A stretch of 64,000 nucleotides of DNA, taken from positions 434,001-498,000 of the forward strand of contig NIVC01000136.1 of the NCBI GenBank assembly GCA_002269645.1, in the 5' to 3' direction. Below, in pieces: positions 13,401-25,400 of the stretch. The notes beneath the pieces are model-generated. The model worked only from the letters and a program-made list of their open reading frames with translations, searched no databases and was not told the DNA's origin. This DNA is from Macrostomum lignano (taxonomy: Eukaryota). Both the position numbers and the translations under genes were made by a program. Within the stretch, counting starts at the first letter, position 1. Each line of letters opens with the position of its first letter.

Positions 13401-16400
13401 TAACTGGCCCAACAAACTCCTCTGACAGCACTTACGATGTGAAGATCTCTATCCGTGGCTGCTTTAAGTCCAAGCCATTCGTGACTACACCGGCTCCTAC
13501 CATCTGCCCACTGACTGACGGAATGAGAGAGCCGGCCTATATTGAGGATTCGGCTATCACCGCTGTTTCAAGCGGTAGCACACCAGTCCCAGTGACTGAG
13601 GTCAGAGCCGGAAAGACCGGCTGGGTGGCTCCATTGACTGGCAGTCAAGTTATCATCGACTTTACAAATGGTGGCAAGACAGCTGCGCCAAGAATCGCTA
13701 GCTTTGCCGTGCGAGGCACCGTTAAGACCTTCCGAATGATGTACCAGCTAAAGGGTAGGTCAAGCTTTGAGCCATTCCCATCGATTGTGACTCAGATCCC
13801 AGCCAACAAACATATTGTGACGAAGCCGGAGCCAGAGGTTGAGAAGCTGAAGATCATCCCAGTTGAGCCAGCCGATAAGTCTCAGACGAATTTCCGGTTC
13901 ACAATCGAGGTAATCGGATGCTTCCAACGAATCCCAGCAACAACTACAACCACAGCGGCAACAACCACAACGACACCTGTGCCAACAACAAAGCCGCCTT
14001 GTGACGAAATTATGTCAGGAAGAGAGATTTCTTCTCGTGCGATCAAGGTGCAGCCGGCGCCAAAGAACTCTATCGACTCTATTCGAGCCGATGCGGCTGG
14101 AGTGATTGTGCCAATGCCCATCGACCCGTCTCCAGCCAAGCGTCCGACTGTTGAAATTGACTTGACTGATGGTGGAAAGTATCAGTTTGCCAAGATGCAC
14201 CGCTTCAGGGTGTCCGGTAGTGTCAAGCTGTACGATCTGTATTTCCAGTACAACGGTGAGAGTAACATGACTCGCTACCCAGAGTCCAGCTCTTATCCAA
14301 GTTCTGGCAACGAGATCATCTACGTTGATCCGCACGCCAATGTTCAGAAGATTCGTATGGTTCTAAGAAACAACACGGACGCCAAGGCTGAGAACTATCA
14401 GTTCAGCATTCACGTCGTCGCTTGTCTTAACCCGGCAGTGGCCACAACTACAAGTTCGGCCATTACCAACACAGCCACTGCTTCGACAGGCAGTGTTACC
14501 AGATCGATACCACCTTTCCCTACTCGGCCGCATGTCACCACAACAGCCAGTGCTACAACAACTGCTGCTACAACCACAACAACAGCTGCAACCACAACAA
14601 CAGCTGCTACAACTACAACTACGGCTGCTACAACCACAACAACGGCAATGCCAACAACAACGACACCTAAATGTCCGATTGTTGAAGGAATGTCGAGCCC
14701 GAAATACATCCCGGATTCTTGGATTTCTGTTAGGCCCAGCAACTATTCATCAACAATCCCAGAAATTAGAAAGGGAACGTGGACAGTGCCTAAGGACCTT
14801 GACGGCCGCCTTGTGCAAATCATTGTCAACAGCACAAATGTTCCATTCGAGGTTGACAGAATTGAAGTCGGTGGAAACGTAAAGGACTTTGCTCTTGAAA
14901 TCGTGACACCCGATGCATCAAGACTTCGGCCATTCCCATTGGATGGAACGCCATTGAAGGGCTCTGCGAATGTGAGCCTAACACTGACGGCGTTTAGAGT
15001 CACTCTGCGCTCAACTTCTAATCCAGCTGACAAAGACTACGTTACTGGCTTGAAGGTATTTGCTTGCCTGAAAGAAACAACTGCCACGACCACACCGGGT
15101 AAAACTAACACAGCAACAGAATACACAGGTACTGTAACGAGATCAACGCCAAAGCTGCCATCAATTCCATCATTTACTACGACTCCAGCTAGTACAACAA
15201 CAATGGAAGTAACTAACACAGCGACAGAATACACGGGTACTGCAACAAGATCAACACCCAAACTTCCACCAATTATTCCGACTCGGCCACCCACTACTAC
15301 CGAAGCAGCTACAACAACAACAACAGCTTCTACTACAACAACTGCTACAACTCCAACTGAGAGGATTAAGGAGAAGACAACCACTGCAGCTCCAACAACT
15401 ACAACAACACCAAAAAAGACAACTACTACAACAGCTGCGACTACAACAACCGCTACTACTCCAACAGAGAGGATCAAGGAGAAGACAACTACTCCTACAA
15501 CAACAACAACAACAACAACAGCTGCAACAACAACAACAACAGCTGCGACAACAACAACAACAACCGCTACTACTCCAACGGAAAGGATCAAGGAAAAGAC
15601 GACTACTCCTACAACAACAGCTGCTACAACAACAACAACGACAGCTGCGACAACAACAACACCTGCAGTGACAACCACAGGACCTCCTTCGCTGCCTGAA
15701 TGTGACGCTGGCAAGTATGCTGACGGCATGTCGAATCCGAAATACATTCCTGACTCAAGCATCGAGGTTTATCCAGCTAACTTATCCTCAACAAAGGGTA
15801 ACGTTAGATCTAAAGGCTGGGTTGCTCCTCTTATGCAAGCTGGACGCCAGCCGGAAGTCAAAATCACATTTGTCAAACCAACGAGAATTGATTCGGTAAG
15901 ATTGGCGCTACAAGTAAACAGTTAACAAATTTACAAATGCTTAAAATTATGTTTATGCTTAAGATTATTATATTTTAATTTTAGATCGTCGTCCGTGGAG
16001 ACCTTAAGACGTACGTGCTAGAGATTCAAGAGGACGGTGCCAAGACAACAAGAGTTTATCCCGAATCTGGAAGAAAACTTATTGGAAATAAGGAAGAGCG
16101 AATGATTCCCCACCGCGTATTGACACAAGTTGTTGTAAGACCATCTGTACCTCTTGTGATCGACCAGAAGTCATACAATCTGACTGTTGCTTTGCATGGC
16201 TGTTACGTGATTGCCGAGACAACCACGACTGTAGCAACAACTACAACTACAGCAGCGCCAACGACAACAACAACACCAACTACAACTACAAGGCCAGCGA
16301 CGACTACAACTACAAGTATTACAACAACAACAAAGGCACCAACTACCACCACAACACCAACAACAACAACCAAGGCTGCTACAACAACCACGACAAAAGC

Positions 16401-19400
16401 AGCAACAACAACCACCTCAACCGCTGCACCAACAACAACCACCTCAACCGCTGCACCAACAACAACCACCTCAACCGCTGCACCAACAACAACCACCTCA
16501 ACCGCTGCACCAACAACAACCACCGCACCAACAACAACTACTCAGAAGCTAACTACAACGACCACTGCTTCGACAACAACAACAACGGCTACAACTACTA
16601 CAAATGCGACGACAACCAGTAAAAACACGGCTACCAAGTCAACTGGGACTGTCACAACAAAGAAGTTGACTTTCCCAACTATTTCAACGACTCCGTCTGT
16701 TGCCACCACAAGTAAGACACTGGATAACTTTTATAAAACTATCAATTACGAATAATGACGGAAATTCTTATATAATTTATTTATGCTATAATTTTTGCAG
16801 CTGCTGCAGAAACGTGCAATGAGGAGGGCATGACACCAGAGAATGCTCCTGTCAGCGCCATCAGCATACTGCCAGCCAACATGAGTCTGACTGATGATAA
16901 GGAGCTTATCCGACTGAACAGAACTGGAATGAAGATCATGAAGCCCACCGATGATCAGCCCAACCCAGAAATCATCGTCGACCTGATGCTCGGTCGTACA
17001 AAGGCTCCGTTCATCGAGAGAGTCTACGTTATGAATAATATCAAGACAGCCAAGATGGAGGTTCAAACACCTGGCAGCAGTGCATGGGTGCCAGCCTCTG
17101 GAAGCTCAGCACTAGTTAACTTCCGTGAAGCCCCCAACTACAAGCCTGTGCTGAAAACAGCAGTTAAACTGCGCATCACACTGCTTACAACTCTTGACTC
17201 TATTGACAAGCACTTCCTAGTAACACTGTCCATCAAGGGCTGCTTCACCAAGCCAATCATTACACCGACAAGTTCCACGGGCACGGTTACAACAGCCACA
17301 ACGTTGCCTCGTAAGTTTCTAGTTTATTATAATTACTAAAGACTTTGTGCACAACGTATCCTTATTTATTTGCAGCATGTGAGATTACCGAGGGCATGGA
17401 CGTACCAGCAACAATAACGGACTCTGCCATTGAGGGAAAGCCGGATCACCTGAGCAACCCAACTGAAGCTAGACCTTCTAAGGGTGGCTGGAGAGTGACA
17501 GTGCCGAAGGTGCCCACTGATGCCAAGCCCTACATCACAATCGATCTCACCGAGGGTGGCTACAGACAGCCGCAGTACACAGACAGAGTCTCTGTCACTG
17601 GCAACGTAATGTTTTACAGGCTTTTGATTAAGGAGAAGCCGGGCGACAACTTCACACAGTACCCACGCAGCGTAGAGCTAATCAGAGGCAACAACCCGCA
17701 GTACATCCTTCCTCGGCGAACAATCGCTGCCATCAGAATCGAGCCAGTTAAACCTATGACGTCGGATGCAACCCACTTCAAGTTCCATGTTCACGTGTAC
17801 GCTTGCTTCAAGTCGTTCTCAACTACAGCTGCGCCACCCACGACGACAACAACTAAGGCCCCGACAACAACCACGCCGACAACAACTGTAACTACAACTA
17901 CCATGCCGACAGAAAAAATCAAGGAGAAAACAACGCCGCCAACAACAGCTGCACCGGTCACCACGACAACCACAAAGGCCGCGACAACAACTACAACTTC
18001 AGCAACAACCACTACAACTCCGACAACAACCACAACAACTCCGACAACAACCACAACAACTCCGACAACAACCACAACAACTTCAGCAACAACCACAACA
18101 ACTCCGACAACAACTTCAGCAACAACCACAACAACTCCGACAACAACTTCAGCAACAACCACAACAACTCCGACAACAACTTCAGCAACAACCACAACAA
18201 CTCCGACAACAAATTCAGCAACAACCACAACAACTCCGACAACAACTTCAGCAACAACCACAACAACTCCGACAACAACAACAACAACTCCGACAACAAC
18301 AACAACAACTCCGACAACAACAACCACAACTCCGACAACAACTACAACGGCAACACCAACAGAGCGAATCAAGGAAAAGACGACAACACCATCAACAACA
18401 ACTACAACTACAACCACGACAACGACCCCGACAACCACTACAACGCCAACAACTACAACAACTCCAACAACAACAACAACTGCGGCGCCAACTACTACAA
18501 CAGCAGCTGCACCAGGTAGATACAAAGTCAATTAAGTGAATGGTTCAATATTTTATCAATTATTCTTACATGAAATTAATGTTTTAAAAAACTTTTACAT
18601 TTTCTGCTCTTTTTTCCAGAATGTGGCGTTGACGGTCTGAAGAATGAGCTCATTATTCCCAACTCGGCCATCAGTGGTGGGCCTGAGACAGTAAGCGCTG
18701 TTCGCAATGTGCGAAGCAACCTTGGTGGATGGAGGGTTGCAGTGCCATCTGCGGGACAGCCAAGACCTAACGTGACTATCGATCTAACAGCCAATGGACT
18801 GGCAAAGCCCGCGCCTCTTATTGAGCAGATTCGCGTGGTTGGCAACGTGCAGAAAGTTCTTGTCCTGATCCAGTACGCTGGCGAGAAGACCTGGGTTTCC
18901 GTTCCTGAAGGCTCTGGGCATGTTACTAATGGAAATACACCGATAAATATTTCACCGAATGCGAGACTAGCAAAGGTGCAAATTGTGCCTTTTACAGCTG
19001 ACAGCTCTACTGTGACTCACTATCGATTCCATGTGATCGTTCTGGGTTGCTTTAAGGAAGTCCTTACCACTACTGCTTCTGTACCAACTACAACCACTCC
19101 GGCAGCAACAACAACAACATCACCGACTACAACAACAACAACACCGACTACAACAACAACAACACCGACTACAACGACAGCGACGACAACAACAACAGCA
19201 ACGACAACAACAACACCGACAACTACAACAACAACACCAACTACAACAACAACTACACCAACTACGACAACACCGACAACAACTACTACCGCGTCAACAA
19301 CAACAACAGCGCCATCGACAACCAATGCCAAGTGTCCTATCGTCGATGGCATGGAGAGCCCGAAATCTATTAGCAGTGACAGCATCCAAATTAGTCCAAT

Positions 19401-22400
19401 GACTTCGAAGGTGTCCATCGACAGTTTACGACCTAAAGCTGGAGGCATAGAATTGAGCAAGATAGACGAACCGTACGTAACAGTTGATCTGACTGAAGGT
19501 GGCAAAAAGAAAGGAGAGATAGTTACTGGAATCAAGGTAACAGGAAACGTTAAAACTATGCACATCTCATTCATGAGAGTTGGCTCGACTGAGTTCGAGT
19601 ACTATCCTTCAAAGTCGAGTGAAGTGCCCGCTGACAAAGAGACTGAGCTGCCGCACTACATCACTGTGTCTAAAATCAGAGTTAAACCGAGCTCCACACT
19701 GGTTGATTCTGACAAGACCTACAAGTTAACCTTAGCTGTAAATGGATGCTTTAAGCAGGTTCCCACTGAACCTCCAACAACAACAAAGACAAAGGCAACA
19801 ACAACTACGACTACACCACTAACAACAACCACTACCGCAGCACCAACAACAACAACAACACCATCTACCACCACCACAACGCCATCAACAACAACAACAG
19901 CTGCAACAACAACAACAACAACCGCTACTACTCCAACGGAGAGAATCAAGGAAAAGACAACTACTCCTACAACAACAACAGCTGCAACAACAACAACAGC
20001 TGCAACAACAACAACAGCTGCAACAACAACAACAACAACCGCTACTACTCCAACGGAGAGAATCAAGGAAAAGACAACTACTCCTACAACAACAACAGCT
20101 GCAACAACAACAACAACAGCTGCAACAACAACAACAACAACAACAGCTGCAACAACTACAACGCCTGCAGTGACAACTACTACCACAACGCCAACAACGA
20201 CAACACCAAGAACTACTACTACAACATCAACAACAACACCATCTACCACCACAACGCCAACAACAACAACAGCAACAACAACAACGACCACTACCACAAC
20301 ACCAACAACAACAACAACTCAACGACCAACAACTACTACGACTTCGCCACCAACAACAACAACAGCATACTGCCCGTGGAATGATGGAATGAAAGATTTT
20401 ACAGCCATTCACACGGGTAGCATCAATATTTATCCTTCGTCATCATCCGTGAAGCCAGATGACGTGAGACCAACAGCGACTGGAATTGAGTTACTTAAGG
20501 CAGACTCTCCTTATATTGTTGTTGATCTAACAAATGGCGGACTCAATAAGCCTGTTGTCATTAAATCTCTCAGAGTTGTAGGTAATGTGAAGAATATTTT
20601 GGTTTCGTACGTCCCAGAAGGTTCGACAGAATACACTTACTATCCATCGAAGTCAAAGGTTATCTCGACAGAGGCTGATATTGATATACCAGGACATGTC
20701 AGCGTGAAGTATTTGCGAATCAATCCCGTGTCGACTAAGAACCCGGATGACGCAAGATACAAAATAACTGTCAGTGTTATTGGTTGCTTTAAGCAGGTTT
20801 CGACAACACCAACAACAACAACAGCTACAACAACAACAGCTAAAAAAACAACAACAACAGCTGCACCAATAACAACAACTACAACTCCATCAACTACAAC
20901 TACACCGCCAGCGTCAACTCATGCCTACTGTCCATGGAACGACGGCATGAAAGATGTCACCGCCATTCATTCGGGCAGCATTTCAATTTCTCCACCATCA
21001 TCTACAGTGAAGGTTGACGACATTCGTTCTGGCAGTGCTGGAATCGAACTGAAAAAGTCGGCGGAACCGTATATTACAATCGACTTGACAAACGAGAAGC
21101 GAAACAAGCCTGTTGTAGTTAAGACAATTAAAATCACTGGTAATGTGAAGAACGTACTCGTTTCGTACATCCCAGCAGGATCTACAGAGTACACGTTCTA
21201 CCCAGAGAAATCGAGACCGCTTCCAACTGATGAGGATATCGAGCTGCCAAAGTACGTTAGCATTAGCAGCCTCAGAATTGCCCCGGAGTCGACCAAGGAG
21301 CCAACTGATCCTACGTACAAACTGTCTATCAGCGTGGTTGGTTGTTTCAAGCAAGTCACCACTACGCCAGCAGCAACAACGACAACAACAACAGAAACAA
21401 CCACAAGAAGCACTACCACCGCATCAGCAACAACTACAACGGCACCTCCGACAACCACAGCACCATTCTGCCCATGGGCTGATGGAATGAATGACACAAC
21501 CATGGTACACACAGAGAGCATCGATATCTCTCCGCCGACATCGGGCGTTAAGGTTGACGACGTACGTACATCGGGCTCTGGTTTGGTGCTGAAGAAGACA
21601 TCCGAGCCATACGTATCGATTGACCTGACCAACAATGGTGCGAATAAGCCTGTAGTCGTGGAAAGCATTCGAGTGTCAGGAAACGTTGATAAATATTTGG
21701 TCTCTTACATGCCAGAAGGATCAACTGAGTTCACATACTATCCATCCAAGTCTACTCCAGTGTCAGCTGCAACTCCACTGAAGCTCTTGAAGTACACAAC
21801 AGTGTCAAAGCTTCGCATTCAACCCGTTTCAACAGTTAATTCAACCGATTCAGAGTACAAATTCACCGTTTCACTGATTGGATGCTTTAAGCAAGTGTCT
21901 ACAACCCCAACAACAACTACGACAACCATGAAGCCTACAACAACCACATCGGTTCCGAGCACGACTACAACACCTATGTCGACTACGACTACCGAAGCTG
22001 CCACAACTACACCGAAATATGGTAGGTTTTATAATGCTTAATTTTTTTATTACATAATTAACCGCTTTTAACGACGAGCTATCCACATGTATCTCATTTT
22101 AGCCTGCCCAAGTGGCGCCACGTACATGGAGGGAATTTCTTCCACTAAGTATGTCCCTGACAGTGCAATCATGGGCCAGCCAGACACACTCAGCCAGCCA
22201 ACCAATGTTAGATCAACGAAAGACGGATGGAAGGTTGCCAAGGCGACTGCTGATCAACCAAAGTCATATCTGCTTGTTGACTTGACGGACAACGGCAAGC
22301 GTCATCAGCCGATTGTCAGAAGTGTGAGTAATCGGTGCTTGAAATTTGAATTCAAATTGCAATAGTAGTTTTTAGAAATCGTACACGATTTATGAATGTC

Positions 22401-25400
22401 CTTTTTGAATCTTTCTTTGTCATTTTAGTTGAAAATCTTTGGCAACGTCAAGACTGCTCAACTGAAGATTAGGTATTCCAAGGACGGCGAGTTCACAGTA
22501 TATCCCGAGACTGGCTCCAAGATGATCAATGGAAACGAAGATGTTTTCATCATGCCGGCGTCCAGAATCTCAGCCATTAAGATTGTGCCCCTAGTGTCAA
22601 CCATTCCCGACGATACACACTTCAGGTTCAAATTGTACGTACATGGCTGCTTCTTTAATGAAGTTATCACGACCACTGCGACGACAACAACAACAACACC
22701 GACAACAACAACAACGCCTACTCCAACGACTACTACGACAACTTCTACAACAACAAAAGCACCTACTACCACTGCGCCAACAACAACAACAACACCAGAG
22801 GCTACAACAACCACGACAGAAACAACTACAACACCGAAGCCTACAACGACAACAGCGACAACAACAACACCAGAGCCTACAACAACAACAAAAGCAACAA
22901 CAACAACAACAGCCAGGCCGACTACAACTACAACAACAACTACTACTACAACTCAGAAACCAACAACTACTACATTGGCTCCCACTACGACAACAACACC
23001 AACTACTACCACAACTGTAGCACCAACTACAACAACAACGCCAACAACTACCACAACAACAGCACCAACTACGACAACAACACCAACTACCACAACAACA
23101 GCACCAACTACGACAACAAAACCAACAACTACCACAACTACAGCTCGAACTACGACAACGATGCCAACAACTACCACAACTCCGACAACAACTACCACAA
23201 CTCCGACAACAACTACAGCAACAACTACAACTGGAGCTCCAACTACCTGCCCGCTCGGATCGGACATGCAGGAAGTGATGGCCCGGCCCTCTGTCATTCC
23301 AGACAGCGCTATTCGAGTTCGTCCGGTGTCTGAGGCGTTTGATGCCGCCAGTGTACGACCGAACCGTGGAGGCTGGAAGGCCGTCGTGCCCGCTGCCAAC
23401 GAGAGCAAACCTGAGATCACAGTTGACCTGATGAGCAGCCCGTCAGTGACATCGGCGCCGATCGTTCAGAAGATCAGACTGGTTGGCAATGCAAAGACCG
23501 CCTATCTGATGGTGCAATATAACAAGGAGAAATCATACACCCGATTCCCTGAGTCAACAACAGCTGGTATCAACGGAAACGAGGACATCTACATCCCGTC
23601 TGCATCGAGAATCATGTCGATCAAGGTGTTGCTGAAGGAGCCAAAGGATGCTTCCCAGACACACTTCAAGGTACATCTCGAAGTATTCATGTGCGTTCCG
23701 AAGACAACAACAACTGCTGCCACGACTGCAACGGAGCGAATTAAGGAAAAGACTACAACTTCAGCGACAACAACAACAACTGCAGCGACAACAACTGCTA
23801 CTACAACAACACCAAAGCCAACAACAACTACGGCACCACCAACAACAACTACTCTTGCACCAAGTACAACAACAACTCCTACCACGACAACACCTAAGAC
23901 AACTACTACAACGGCTTCCACAACCACAACCACAGCTGAACGAACAACGACGACAACACCAGAGCCGACCACAACTACAACATCAACACCAAAAGCAACA
24001 ACAACTACATTGGCTCCCACTACGACAACAACACCAACTACCACTACTACAGCACCAACTACGACAACAACGGCAACAACTACCACAACTGCGACAACTA
24101 CCACAACTCCGACAACAACTACCACAACACCGACAACAACTACAGCAACAACTACAACTGGAGCTCCAACTACCTGCCCGCTCGGATCGGACATGCAGGA
24201 AGTGATGGCCCGGCCCTCTGTCATTCCAGACAGCGCTATTCGAGTTCGCCCGGTGTCTGAGGCGTTTGATGCCGCCAGTGTACGACCGAACCGTGGAGGC
24301 TGGAAGGCCGTCGTGCCCGCTGCCAACGAGAGCAAGCCTGAGATCACAGTTGACCTGATGAGCAGCCCGTCAGTGACATCGGCGCCGATCGTTCAGAAGA
24401 TCAGACTGGTTGGCAATGCAAAGACCGCCTATCTGATGGTGCAATATAACAAGGAGAAATCATACACCCGATTCCCTGAGTCAACAACAGCTGGTATCAA
24501 CGGAAACGAGGACATCTACATCCCGTCTGCATCGAGAATCATGTCGATCAAGGTGTTGCTGAAGGAGCCAAAGGATGCTTCTCAGACACACTTCAAGGTA
24601 CATCTCGAAGTATTCATGTGCGTTCCGAAGACAACAACAACTGCTGCCACGACTGCAACGGAGCGAATTAAGGAAAAGACTACAACTGCAGCGACAACAA
24701 CAACAACTGCAGCGACAACAACAACTGCAGCGACAACAACAACTGCTACTACTACGACACCAAAGCCAACAACAACTACGGCACCACCAACAACAACTAC
24801 TCTTGCACCAACAACAACAACAACTCCCACTCCAACGGAGCGAATCAAGGAAAAGACTACGACTGCAGCGACAACAACAACATCTGCTACTACTACAACA
24901 CCAAAGCCAACAACAACTACGGCATCACCAACAACAACTACCATTGCGCCAACTACAACAACTCCCACTCCAACTGAGCGAATCAAGGACAAGACTACAA
25001 CTGCAGCAACAACAACAACTACTGCTACTACCACAACAACAGCTGCGACGACCACAACAACCGCTGCACCGACAACAACAACAACGCCTACTACAACGAC
25101 TGCTTCAACAACCACTACTACAACTCAAAAACCAATGACAACAACAACTGCTGCGCCAACGACGACAACTGCACCAACAACCACTACCACAGCCGCAGTA
25201 ACAACCACTTCTATTATCGATTGTGACACTCTTGAAGAAGCCATCAATAACCCGAGCTACATTCCTGCGACAGCCGTTACAGTCAGTGTGGGATCGTTCT
25301 CTCAGAATAAATGGACAATTCCAGCTTCCGCTAAGTCGCCTAGTATTGAGGTCGTCATGAACCGCATGTACAGCTCTCTAAAATTGGCTCAGGTTTGTAA

